Assembly (NCBI GenBank): GCA_965205865.1
Contig: CBDBHR010000030.1
Span: 1-64,000 of the forward strand
Length of the DNA: 64,000 nt
Source of the DNA: a bacterium
GTDB taxonomy: Bacteria > SAR324 > NAC60-12
Direction: 5' to 3'
The stretch's first letter is position 1. Every line of letters begins with the position of its first letter. Of the stretch, positions 43,055 to 54,063 are shown piece after piece. A model generated the notes under the pieces. That model saw nothing but the letters and a program-made list of their open reading frames with translations, did not search any database and had not been told where the DNA came from. The position numbers and the translations under genes are program-made.

Positions 43055-43551
43055 TCATATTTTAGCTATGGATTTATACTCTGACCGGCAATATTTTAAA
43101 GAAAACTTTTTAGAAATTTTTACACAAATTCCATAGGCTTTTATCGTATTTCTTAACTCACCATTGGTCCATTCAAAAAACCATACTTTAGCAAAAGAAA
43201 GCTCTACTTTCTTTTTGGTTAAGCCTAGTTTTTCCGTCTCCTTCAGAATTAAAATCTTTTCCTCTTCCTCGGGCCAATCGTTAAAAGCAAGAATAATTCC
43301 CTTTACTCTTTTTGAATTCCGAGAACCTTTAGATGTAGGAGCCCTCGATGGCTCAACAAAAGCTTTTGCTCGGCTCTCTCTAATGTTATGATCGCTATTT
43401 GGACTAACCGTTTGAGACATAAGTATGGAAGTTCTTCGTAATAAGGAAGAATTTTTCTTATTGTCATTTTTATACTGTGAGCCCGTTCCCCAAGTAAAAG
43501 GAACAAAGAAGACAAAAAGAAGAATTTTAAGAAAAACCTATTATAAATCAT
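43055..43551 (-). pseudogene. Low-GC hypothetical exported protein, frameshifted
   Basis: Signal-like ORF 43303-43551 overlapping ORF 43055-43420. Confidence 0.45.
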
Positions 43552-43719
43552 TATATATAAAAAAAGTTAATAAAATAGTGATTTTATTTATACCTAAATC
43601 CTGCAATTGCATATTTTGACTGAGTTTTCCCCCCACTCTTTGGCAGGTTTTTTTAAAAAAAGGATAAAAACAGGATCAATAAAAATGAGTTTCTCATCTG
43701 CCAAGCTCCTTTCCAATAA

Positions 43720-43953
43720 TCAACCAAGCAACTTTTGCGCAGTGAAACTGATGGCGATGGCAACGCCAATATTGCTGACGACTAACCCCACGCCCCATTG
43801 AAACATCCTACCTTCCAAACGGACAATTTCAGTATTGAGATTGGCGATATCACCCTTCAATTCTGTGCGGAGATTGGCAATATCCTCTTTGGTTGCCATT
43901 CGCTCCACAATGGTTTCCAGCCGAATGACACGATGGTCCAATGCGTGTTCCAT
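43720..43953 (-). CDS. Small coiled-coil protein with C-terminal TM (DUF1640-like)
   Basis: ATKEDIANLRTELK-GDIANLNTEI repeat followed by a hydrophobic tail. Confidence 0.65.
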   Translation of the reverse strand: MEHALDHRVIRLETIVERMATKEDIANLRTELKGDIANLNTEIVRLEGRMFQWGVGLVVSNIGVAIAISFTAQKLLG

Positions 43954-44170
43954 AGTTCTTGCCCCAATTAAAGACTCAAGTGTGACGGTAAAGGTGAGGA
44001 GTGACCCCGTGTCTGAAATCCGGACTCCTGTGTTTGCCGGGTAACCCGGCAATTATCCACATTGACGTTCACGTCGTAATTTATAACGATTTTGACGAAG
44101 TTCCAACCAAAAAAGTGATCCCTGTCAGTCAACTTGGGAAGTGGCAATCGTATGGGAGGGAGAGTACTGG

Positions 44171-44331
44171 AAAAGCTGCACGACTCGTAGTTCACCACGG
44201 AGGCGTTGGTAACTGTGGAGTTGGGCGTTCGAGTCGCGTTCTTCCCGGATGATCACTAGCTGCGGGCTGAAGCCGAAGAGGGTCAGGGCGCGGTTGAAGG
44301 CCGAAAGTTGGTAGGTGCGCGTGAGATCCTT
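44171..44331 (-). pseudogene. Displaced slam 3' fragment (shortest, most diverged)
   Basis: Encodes KDLTRTYQLSAFNRALTLFGFSPQLVIIREERDSNAQLHSYQRLRGELRVVQLF. Confidence 0.85.
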
Positions 44332-44763
44332 TTTTCAAGAGCACCCGATGACCCTTGATTCCTTTTGTGATGTCGGGTTTCAGTCCCAATACCTTTTCCA
44401 CAAGCTCCAGCGAGGTGACACAATATCCTTGGTCAGCGGAAAAAGCTCTCAAGCTTGCATATTTCCGGGTAGTGGGTCAGTTTGATTTTTGGGATATGTT
44501 CTCATAAATCGAAGATCAATCAACCGAAATTTATAATATTTCTTGACATTTCCATTAATTGTTCTATAGTATTTGCTTGGCATAATGTCAATCCTGTTTG
44601 TCGGGTTACCCGATGAATACAAAAGTCGCAATCAATCCGAGGGGTCATGACCCTCGGAGCGGCGAATAATCGGGAAACATTTTCCATTTGGTTTGATGTT
44701 GCGCAATAACCCGGCGCCCTTCAACAAGGCATCGAAGCACAAATCTTAAACCAAAGAGGGAAA

Positions 44764-44955
44764 ATGCGATATTTCGTAATTTTTTTGTTGTGTTCAGTTG
44801 CAGGAACTGTTTTTGCGCATGGGGGTGGGACTAATTCCAGTGGATGTCATACCAATCGAAAAACAAGGGGTTATCATTGTCATAATAAGACTCCTCGCCA
44901 GGTTATTCCATATAAAGAAGTTCGGCCTTCATGCGAAATCGAAGATTACTTTTGA
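44764..44955 (+). CDS. YHYH-domain exported protein (probably truncated)
   Basis: Signal peptide, then HGGGTNSSGCH..GYHCH. Confidence 0.7.
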   Translation: MRYFVIFLLCSVAGTVFAHGGGTNSSGCHTNRKTRGYHCHNKTPRQVIPYKEVRPSCEIEDYF

Positions 44956-45296
44956 TGGCGGCGCACTCGATATTCGTCATTTTCCAAGGGAATTGACGAT
45001 TCGTTATGAAGTCAAACCATTGGCGGTTTGGAAAGGGAAAAACCCAGAATTACGATAACATTGTTGATGATGATTTTACAAATGAAAAATATAGAAAAAT
45101 ATAGAAAATCGTTTAAAAATCAAGAAGAACCCAAGCCAGAGCCAGAACCGGAACCAACGCCTAGTCCTGATCCACAACGTGCGCCGATTAGGCCATTACA
45201 TGTGCCGCCATATCCTCCAAGGCCCCCTGACCCGCCTTTCCCGAGTCCGCCGCAGGAGGACAACTTTTAACTTATTTTGGATAGTAAGGAGGAAAT

Positions 45297-45830
45297 ATGA
45301 AGCCTAATAAAAAATTGAGAAATTCTTATTGGGAAGAAATGTTGGAATCTGAAAGAGTATCTCGTTATTATAATTATTTGTGTGAGTATTTTTTATTTCA
45401 GACGAAGTTGTATAAATGGTTATTTTTAATAACTTCGGCTAGTTTCACAACAAGTATTTTGATTCAAATATTCAAGGTTATTCCATTTGAATATCATACA
45501 TTTTCACAAGTGTTGATTTTGTTTGTGAGTATCATATTGACAGGAATTTCTCTCATATTTTTTATTAAAAATCCTCAGCAACAAATAATTATGACTACTG
45601 TGATTAGTGATCAAATCGATCCGATTGTTGATCAATATAAGCATAATTGGAATATGATGAATGAAGCCGATTTTGAAATAAATGAAGAGAGCATACGTAA
45701 TTTCATTAAAGATTCCAGAGAAAAAATAACACTGATTACAAGTAGAGGAAAAGGGTTAGCACGCAATAAAAAATTGGAAATGAAAGCTCACAAAGAAGTT
45801 GTTGCTTTGTTTTCAGCTCAACAGGCATAA
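45297..45830 (+). CDS. Low-GC two-TM protein (SLATT-like topology)
   Basis: Strong RBS TAAGGAGGA; two hydrophobic helices and a helical cytoplasmic tail; preceded by Pro-rich ORF 45028-45270. Confidence 0.65.
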   Translation: MKPNKKLRNSYWEEMLESERVSRYYNYLCEYFLFQTKLYKWLFLITSASFTTSILIQIFKVIPFEYHTFSQVLILFVSIILTGISLIFFIKNPQQQIIMTTVISDQIDPIVDQYKHNWNMMNEADFEINEESIRNFIKDSREKITLITSRGKGLARNKKLEMKAHKEVVALFSAQQA

Positions 45831-46142
45831 CTTCAAAAAATCATCAAAGCCTAAATCAAGCGGCAAGACAAAGTTTCAAGGTGTCGGTGAACATGTTTTC
45901 ATTACGGCGGTTGTTATATTTGAAGCATGATTCGCCGATGTACAGGTGAGCGTATCGCCTGCCATACCAGTGATGCTGGCCATACCAGGATTTATTTCTA
46001 AAATAATTAATTCATTTATGAGTAAAGACGAACAATAAGAGTTCCCCAAGTGAAATATCCGGGCCTTTTTATGTAGTTTCTTCAGGTACATTAATTGTTG
46101 GGAAGATTCTGTGACTGGGAAAATTAAATCTCGACCTATGAA

Positions 46143-47000
46143 CTTAGGAACAAACCTTAAATAACCTGTAATTCTTCCAATGGTGTGAGCAAAATTGGGG
46201 GACATGTACACCGCTGCGTATCCCAACTCTACTGTTTTATGCCTGCTGTTACGTGTCCCCTAATTTAGCAAAATTGGGGGACATGTACACTGCTGCACAT
46301 CCCAACTCTACTGTTTTATGCCTGCTGTTACGTGTCCCCTAATTTTGCGTACATACTTCTAACTTATTTAAATTTCATTCCTAAATGTCAGACTGAGACA
46401 CTACCTCTTTTCTTCAGTTGACTACCTTCCCGGTATGTAGTCCGTACAATTCCGAAGACAATTTAATACTTGACCCCTTTTCAAATATGTCCAAACAAAG
46501 AAAAAAATAACCTGTAATTCTTCCAATGGTGTGAGCAAAATTGGGGGACATGTACACCGCTGCGTATCCCAACTCTACTGTTTTATGCCTGCTGTTACGT
46601 GTCCCCTAATTTAGCAAAATTGGGGGACATGTACACTGCTGCGTATCCCAACTCTACTGTTTTATGCCTGCTGTTACGTGTCCCCTAATTTTGCGTATCC
46701 ATACTTCTGACTTATTTAAATTTCATTCCTAAATGTCAGACTGAGACACTACCTCTTTTCTTCAGTTGACTACCTTCCCGGTATGTAGTCCGTACAATTC
46801 CGAAGACAATTTAATACTTGCCCCCTTTTCAAATATGTCCAAACAAAGAAAAAAATAACCTGTAATTCTTCCAATGGTGTGAGCAAAATTGGGGGACATG
46901 TACACTGCTGCGCATCCCAACTCTACTGTTTTATGCCTGCTGTTACGTGTCCCCTAATTTTGCGTATCCATACTTCTAACTTATTTAAATTTCATTCCTT
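46143..47000. repeat. Tandem composite repeat: five family A units in three modules with IS-end and GACAATTTAATACTTG(A/C)CCCC linkers
   Basis: Units at 46188, 46267, 46534, 46613 and 46882; module period about 347 bp. Confidence 0.92.
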
Positions 47001-47220
47001 AAGAAATCTGACTTGGCAGAATCTCGGTCACAGAATGGCTCAGCGTTTTGGAAAACAATCGATGGTTCATGGGCATCTTGGTTGCATGCGCATCGGCAAT
47101 CGGTGTTATTTTTGGAACAATCCTGGAAATTTTGTCAAATACTATGGGATAATTGCTGACAAATAGCAGAACAGACAGATTTATGTCGCTTGCCTTTGAA
47201 CGAGGAAAGCGGCATTTTTT

Positions 47221-47640
47221 TTAGAAAAGTCGCACGACTCGTAGTTCACCACGGAGGCGTTGGTAGCTGTGGAGTTGGGCGTTGGACTCGCTTTCTTCGC
47301 GGATGATCACCAGTTGCGGGCTGAAGCCGAAGAGTGTCAGGGCGCGGTTGAAGGCCGAGAGTTGGTAGGTTTGCGTGAGATCCTTGCGTTTCGCGGGCCC
47401 CAGGGTGAGATAGGACCAGTCGGGTTGGAAGAAGCTGCGGGCCACGGTGGCCGAGGCACCCACGCTGAAGCCCAGCGGCAACGCGTAGGAAGCCGAGAGG
47501 CGGCCCCAGGGTCGCGTCAGGCGATGAGAACGCAGGCGGGGCTTTTCTTCGCCATAGCCGGCGCTCAGGCTGAGGGAGAGCGAGGGGCTGGCCTGCCAGC
47601 GTCCGGTCAGCGAGAAATTCCAGCGAGGACCGTCCAGGTG
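47221..47640 (-). pseudogene. Displaced slam 3' fragment (420 bp, in frame)
   Basis: Part of the ~910-bp direct repeat 46730-47640 / 52087-52995. Confidence 0.92.
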
Positions 47641-47641
47641 A

Positions 47642-47733
47642 AAAGGGGTCAAGTATTAAATTGTCTTTTTATACTTGGCCACTTATTGATCCCCTCTCCA
47701 TCTTAAAAAGACAATTTAATACTTGACCCCTTT
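47642..47733. repeat. Perfect 30-bp inverted repeat (family B) with 32-nt spacer
   Basis: AAAGGGGTCAAGTATTAAATTGTCTTTTTA (47642-47671) / TAAAAAGACAATTTAATACTTGACCCCTTT (47704-47733). Confidence 0.92.
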
Positions 47734-47737
47734 CCTT

Positions 47738-49357
47738 TCATTCCATCTCTTTTTTCAGTTGCTGGTCAATCCAGAGACGGGCCAGGATGACTGCAGAATT
47801 TTCCGGTCCCAAGCTGGTTTCGCCGTTATAACCTCAGACCCACGGCTGATGCGCGTTATACTGTATAGGATTAGCAAGCCATAACTGCGGATACTGCGCA
47901 ATTTCGTGCATATCTTTACTTGTCATTGCGGCTGTGGCACCGTAAACGAACATCGAACCCGAGTGAAGTTGGTCTTCCATCATGGCAGCATAATCGCTGT
48001 CCGCGCTGGCCATTCCTTCATAAATACTCGAGAAGAGCCTACCGTGATATTCGGCGTTGGTCAGTACGTTAATCTTAACCTTGACGCCAATCTTAGCCCA
48101 GTAGTCGGCGGCTAATTCTGCATAGGCTATGCTGGCCAAAGGTGCGAAATCCAGGGTGGTCTTGAAACCTTTGGAATAGCCTGCATTAGCCAGTAGCTGC
48201 TTCGCTCTTCCCGGGTCATAGCGATAGTACTGCTTGACCTCTTCGGACCAGTCTTCAAACGTGGTGAAATCCCCAGTCTTCATCGTCAATCCCTGAGGGG
48301 TTGGATCGGCATAACCCATCCAGTAAGTCTTGGCAATGTTCTCGTTGTCCAGCGCCAGTTGCATGGCATGACGCACGTTGATGTCGTTAAAGGGCGGTTT
48401 GTTTAAATTTCCGAAAACTAAACTGTTGTTGGACCTAAAAGGCCAGAAAATGATTTCTGGGTTGGTTCGCCTGAGACTGTTTATTTTGTCGATGGATATT
48501 TGAGAGTCACCGACTGTTCCCAGAAAATCGATCCGACCCGTGCGCAGTGACGCTAAACGTGTTGCTTGGTTTGGCATTATATGGGCCGTAATCTCATCAA
48601 TATAAGGCAATCTGTTCCCTTGATATTTTTCGTCGACGTCCCAGTAATCAGGATTCTTGGTCCAGGTCAAAGATCTTCCTTCGAGCACATCCTCCAGTTC
48701 ATAGGGCCCGGTGCCGACCAAGTTCCTCCAATCCTTAAGGTCTCCTTCTTGCTTGATGACCTCGGGAGGGTATACAACTGTAATCCAGCTGCCGAGGATT
48801 GTTCGTAGGGCACCCGGGTTTGACTGCTTCAGCTTGACAACAACCGTATATTTGTCGGTGGCCGTTATCGATTCTAATGGCAAATTGGCGAGTTGGGGTA
48901 CAAAAGGACTAGGTCCGGCTTCACTGAAATTGCCCATCCCAAATAAACGATGAAAGTTATATTCGACATCTTGGGCGGTTAGTTCCCGACCGTTCATCGG
49001 CGCCTTGTTTTGCCAGTGAACCCCCTTGCGGATTTTGAAGACCGTCGTGAGCTGCTCGGGCTGCTCCCAGCTTTCCGCCAGTGCTTCTATGGTAGATGGA
49101 GGTTCATTCGTTGAATACCAGCCATCTTCCTCTCTATCTATTCCCCACTCCCCTACTAGTTTCTCATTAACCAAACCGACATAATGAATAGCCCTGCGAC
49201 CAATGTACCAACTATCCGGGTGCTCACCTATCCAGGTGAGGGCGTATGCTAATTTTCCTCCATATTCAGGTGCGGAAAATTCTTCACCGTTAGTGACCAC
49301 CGGTATGCTGAGTATGACCAATATTGCTAAAATTTTTTTGAAGATGAAATGACACAT
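47738..49357 (-). pseudogene. Family 5 ABC substrate-binding protein with premature stop at 47834-47836
   Basis: LAESWE..FKIRKGVHW, VGTGPY, VRHAMQLALD; frame continues after TGA as GYNGE..LWID..EME*. Confidence 0.8.
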
Positions 49358-49434
49358 GACGACTCCTTCTGCTTTAGTTGATTCAGGACAATATGTATTC
49401 GCGTTACAGACAAAGAGAACACCAGTTTTGTAAA

Positions 49435-49854
49435 TTAACACGCCCGCTCTTCCCAACTCATGTCATCGGGAACCATTGGGGGAGAATCTTGATCAGCGCA
49501 TGCAGAATCCAATTGATTTTGACTGAAATTTTTTACGAATTTGAGATTAGCCCCCGTGAGGTCAGCATCTGTGAGATCAGTTTTTCTAAGATCAGCATCT
49601 GTGAGAACAGCCCGCGTGAGGTTTGCATTTCTGAACGTTGCATTGGCAAGAATGGCTCTTTCTAAGCTAGCCTCGGTGAGTGTGGTACATAAAAGCTCGG
49701 CATGCTTCATATTTGCGCCTTTCAGAATTGCATTTGAGAGATGCGCGTTAATAAGGATTGCCTGTTCCAAATTGGATTCTTCAAAATCAATATTTCTAAC
49801 GTCAGCATTTCGTAGGTCGATACCATATCCTGCATTGCGATTATGAAAATTCAC
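49435..49854 (-). CDS. Pentapeptide-repeat protein (probably a fragment)
   Basis: A(D/N)LxxA repeats. Confidence 0.8.
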   Translation of the reverse strand: MNFHNRNAGYGIDLRNADVRNIDFEESNLEQAILINAHLSNAILKGANMKHAELLCTTLTEASLERAILANATFRNANLTRAVLTDADLRKTDLTDADLTGANLKFVKNFSQNQLDSACADQDSPPMVPDDMSWEERAC

Positions 49855-50269
49855 TTTGCTGGCATTTATATATTTTAGGGAAAATTCATCTTTGAGGTCG
49901 ACTATTGGGATTTTATTTTTACAATTTTCATTTGATTGGTCCGGTTCATTATTTGCGGCTTCAAGTCTCTCCGCTATATCAAATTCAACAATGAGTTCGA
50001 GTATTTTGATTTGACCACGATTTATTAACGCTGGATTGTAATCAGGCCAGTTGCGTATTCAATAATTATGCGTTTTTCGTTGGCATCTTTTGTGACATTT
50101 GCTATGCTTTGTGTGCCTGATGACCTCAGGAGAGAAAAGTGAAACAGATTTCGTTCTCTTTCAATTATCCTCTTAGGTTAATCTTCGCAATCTTATTTGG
50201 AGAGTGTTCATCTCATCGTATTTGTACAAAAACGCCCATTTGACAAATCTTTAGATAAGGAGAAAGACA

Positions 50270-50797
50270 ATGAACTGTCTAAACTACATTGCGCCCTTAG
50301 TGCTTGATGGGGCAACGTCCATGAGATTATTTCGGTGTGCTGGAGTCCTGGCAGGGCTGACCTGTTGCTTGCTGTTTTCTACTGGGGCCGACGCACAGGA
50401 CAACACATCCAAAGATTCAGGCTTTAGAAAATTTCCCGGAACAGTGGTGGTCGAGCCTCTCGACCCTGGTGTTCCCCTTCGCCGCACTGCCCCTGGTTTT
50501 TTAGGAATTTACGGTCAAAAGATGGGAAAAACGACGGATAATAAATATTATCTTATTCTGGAAGGTCTGCAAATTCCCCTCTTTTTCCAGAAAATCCGCT
50601 GGGTAAAGGTCGCTCCAATCAAGTTAATTGAAAATAAATTTGAAATCGATAATAAATATTCTTGGGTGTATTGGGGCAAAGTCGGTCAAGGCACTAGTCC
50701 GAACTTCAAAATTGTTGCTCAGGACGAAATTAACCAGAAACAGAAGTTGAAGCTTGAAACATTCTGGAAACAGTACATACAAGAAAAGGCTGAGTAA
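50270..50797 (+). CDS. Hypothetical exported protein
   Basis: RBS AAGGAG; signal-like segment ending ADA; coupled to a truncated membrane ORF at 50797. Confidence 0.6.
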   Translation: MNCLNYIAPLVLDGATSMRLFRCAGVLAGLTCCLLFSTGADAQDNTSKDSGFRKFPGTVVVEPLDPGVPLRRTAPGFLGIYGQKMGKTTDNKYYLILEGLQIPLFFQKIRWVKVAPIKLIENKFEIDNKYSWVYWGKVGQGTSPNFKIVAQDEINQKQKLKLETFWKQYIQEKAE

Positions 50798-51147
50798 TGG
50801 TAACCTCGCCCTGGTGGCAGTTGATACTGAGTTGGATTTTCATATATGGGTCCCCGTTCGCTGCATTCTTTTTTGGCGTTTATATTTCGATTCGTCTGAA
50901 TCTAAATGGAGATTTAAGTCGAGCGCATGTATGGCTCATGTCCCTTCACAAACTCACTTCGGGCAGGTGTCCCCCTTATTATCTCTATATTAATCGATGC
51001 AATCTTTGGTCTGCGCGCATCGGCAATCGGCGTTATTTTTGGAACAATCCTGGAAATTCTGTCAAATACTATGGGATAATTGCTGACAAATAGCAGAACA
51101 GACAGATTTATGCCGCTTGCCTTTGAACGAGGTAAGCGGCATTTTTT

Positions 51148-51340
51148 TTAGAAAAGTCGCACGACTCGTAGTTCACCGCGGAGGCGTTGGTAGCTGTGGA
51201 GTTGGGCGTTCGACTTGCGTTCTTCCCGGATAATCACCAGTTGCGGGCTGGAGCCGAAGAGGGTCAGGGCGCGCTTGAAGGCCGAGAGTTGGTAGGTTTG
51301 CGAGAGATCCTTGCGTTTCGCGGGCCCCAGGGTGAGATAG
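51148..51340 (-). pseudogene. Displaced slam 3' fragment (193 bp) with its downstream flank from about 51015
   Basis: YLTLGPAKRKDLSQTYQL..GELRVVRLF*; ends at the family B motif GACAATCTGATACTTGACCCCTTT. Confidence 0.9.
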
Positions 51341-51376
51341 AAAGACAATCTGATACTTGACCCCTTTTTATTTTGT

Positions 51377-51610
51377 TCAATCAAAAATGTTTTGTGGAAG
51401 ATTGAAATGTCGAATTATTGATTTCTGGTAACCTGGATATATTTCAGTCTTATCACCATGAAACTTGATTGGATAGTGTCTTTCTTTACCCAAAATATCT
51501 GGATGGACAATCATCCGGTGACTTCCTTTACCTCTGTAATCAGAGACGTTAAATCGAGTATCATGTTTTTTCAGAATTTTTATGATTTCACGATAAGTAC
51601 GAGTTTTCAT
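51377..51610 (-). CDS. hicA: HicA-family toxin
   Basis: RGKGSH motif, basic, 77 aa. Confidence 0.8.
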   Translation of the reverse strand: MKTRTYREIIKILKKHDTRFNVSDYRGKGSHRMIVHPDILGKERHYPIKFHGDKTEIYPGYQKSIIRHFNLPQNIFD

Positions 51611-51957
51611 GGATGAAGAGATTCATTAGAAACGTTCTGATTTATGGAAGGCATAAATACGTCTTGAACAATATAATCTTTCTCATGCTCTTTTGATTCT
51701 GAATCCATCCTTCTTTGTTTGATTTCTTCAATTACAATTTTTTCATATAAATCCAAATAATATTTATCTGCCGGAATAAATATTTGATCCAATGTGCCAT
51801 GATGTATTGCATAATTTATTTGGAATTCAATTGTCTCTAAGAGATCATCTAAAGCCTCTTCGGAATTTTTCCCAAACCCCCTTAAATTCATATCAATAGC
51901 AATTGCATACCAACCATTATCCTCTTGAACACCTAAAACTTTTAGCGCAATGCTCAT
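51607..51957 (-). CDS. hicB: HicB-like antitoxin
   Basis: WYA..GFGKNSEEALDDL partial RNase H fold; acidic; ATGA overlap with hicA. Confidence 0.7.
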   Translation of the reverse strand: MSIALKVLGVQEDNGWYAIAIDMNLRGFGKNSEEALDDLLETIEFQINYAIHHGTLDQIFIPADKYYLDLYEKIVIEEIKQRRMDSESKEHEKDYIVQDVFMPSINQNVSNESLHP

Positions 51958-52577
51958 ATTTACCTCCCCTTCTTTATTTCAAATACTTGTTAAAAGATGA
52001 TATTAATTTATCCCGTATAACAAGTTTTTTGTACATTTATCGTGAAAAAACGTCAACTTATCAACAAAATCGCAATTATCAGAACTTAAATGTCAGACTG
52101 AGACACTACCTCTTTTCTTCAGTTGACTACCTTCCCGGTATGTAGTCCGTACAATTCCGAAGACAATTTAATACTTGCCCCCTTTTCAAATATGTCCAAA
52201 CAAAGAAAAAAATAACCTGTAATTCTTCCAATGGTGTGAGCAAAATTGGGGGACATGTACACTGCTGCGCATCCCAACTCTACTGTTTTATGCCTGCTGT
52301 TACGTGTCCCCTAATTTTGCGTATCCATACTTCTAACTTATTTAAATTTCATTCCTTAAGAAATCTGACTTGGCAGAATCTCGGTCACAGAATGGCTCAG
52401 CGTTTTGGAAAACAATCGATGGTTCATGGGCATCTTGGTTGCATGCGCATCGGCAATCGGTGTTATTTTTGGAACAATCCTGGAAATTCTGTCAAATACT
52501 ATGGGATAATTGCTGACAAATAGCAGAACAGACAGATTTATGTCGCTTGCCTTTGAACGGGGGAAGCGGCATTTTTT

Positions 52578-53895
52578 TCAGAAAAGTCGCACGACTCGTA
52601 GTTCGCCGCGCAGGCGTTGGTAGCTGTGGAGTTGGGCGTTGGACTCGCGTTCTTCCCGGATGATCACCAGCTGCGGGCTGAAGCCGAAGAGGGTCAGGGC
52701 GCGGTTGAAGGCCGAGAGTTGGTAGGTTTGCGTGAGATCCTTGCGTTTCGCGGGCCCGCGGGTGAGATAGGACCAGTCGGGTTGGAAGAAGCTGCGGGCC
52801 ACGGTGGCCGAGGCTCCCACGCTGAAACCCAGCGGCAGCGCGTAGGAAGCCGAGAGGCGGCCAGGGTCGCGTCAGGCGACGAGAGCGCAGGCGGGGCTTT
52901 TCTTCGCCATAGCCGGCGCTCAGACTGAGGGAGAGCGAGGGGCTGGCCTGCCAGCGTCCGGTCAGCGAGAAATTCCAGCGGGGACCGTCCAGGTGTTTGG
53001 ATTGCTCGTTTCGCCGTTCGTGCCAGCTCGCCCTTTCGATGGCCAACCATTGCGCTCCCAGTCGTTGCGCGCTTTCCAGGCGCAGGCCCTTTTCCAGGTA
53101 GGCGGGCTGGTTGGCCGACCACTGCTGGCGGCGACTGGCGAGCAGGCTGATTTCCGTGTTGCGCGTCATGATCCAACGTGGCCCGGCATGCAGCGAGATC
53201 AACATGCGATTGTACTGCGTTTCGCGGTGCTCCTGTCGCCAGAGGTCGGCGCCGGCGCGCAGTTTCAATCGTTGCGAGAGGGGATGCTCGTATTCGGCGC
53301 CACCCCAGACGATGAGGCCCACCCCGGAGGAGGGTTTCGATTCATCGGTCACCGTTAAGGGGAAGCCGTAGAACCAGACGATATCCGCGGATGAAGCGGC
53401 GTTGACGTTGCTGTCCGGCGCCAGGGCCAATCCGAAGTGCGCGTCCCAACGACGGCGGGCGCGGATGGCGTCGAGGTAGCGCTGCACGTTCTTGGCAACG
53501 GCTTCGGGAGGTTTGCCGGCCAGCACGCGCTCGAAATGCTGCCGGGCCAGGTTGTCTTCCCCTTTGAGAAAGAAGGCGCGAGCCAGTTCGAGTCGTGGCC
53601 TGCTCAGCTCGGGCTGGAAGATGAGAATGCGTCTCAGGGCGGCGATGGCCGCATCCAGCAAGGCTTCACGGGTGTCTTCATCGAGGCCGGGCTCGTGCGA
53701 CGCGCCAATGCCCGCCAGTCCTGTGAGGAAAAGCACTTCCACGTCGTCCGCATTGGCCTCTAGCAGGGGCCGGAGAAGCTTGAGCGCCTCGAGGTGGCGT
53801 CCATTTTGGATCAGTTTTTCGGCATCTTTGACACTGGCCTGCAGCGCTGCCGTCATCAGCAGAAAAACGGCGAGCATCGCCAGCAAACGCAACAT
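52578..53895 (-). pseudogene. Slam-like surface lipoprotein exporter (TPR plus DUF560 barrel), frameshifted at about 52861
   Basis: Signal peptide, RLELARAFF TPR, APDSNVN barrel start, terminal Phe; two C missing relative to the 47 kb copy. Confidence 0.88.
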
Positions 53896-54063
53896 AATGA
53901 ATATAGGATGTGGGAGATAATGTTGGAGGGTGAGCCTGGGGGAGTGACAGCCTCCCCCGGTTCTCGGCTGGGTCTTCAGTGTTATGGTTCGCTCTCAAAA
54001 TAAGAAGGGCAGTTTTCAGGCCACCCTCCAAGGTTCATCACAACTGCAGATGTCTTCTGAAGA

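Larger units (their letters stand above)
44468..46405 (-). mobile_element. Probable IS1595-family derivative with passenger genes
   Basis: Transposase C-terminal remnant WYGQHHWYGRRYAHLYIGESCFKYNNR at about 45825-45995 (-). Inverted ends GGTAGTGGGTCAGTTTGA (44468) / rc GGTAGTGTCTCAGTCTGA (46405), 15/18. Confidence 0.55.

Noticed and set aside
42206-47000. CRISPR or TIGR-like guide array in family A repeats
   Set aside because: Units are nearly identical end to end with no variable spacer, and no adjacent effector is recognised.
42165-52100. Classical integron
   Set aside because: No IntI and no recognisable attC (RYYYAAC..GTTRRRY) sites; cargo genes lie in both orientations.
47221-53895. 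Diversity-generating retroelement TR/VR pair in the slam copies
   Set aside because: No reverse transcriptase, and the differences are not confined to adenines.
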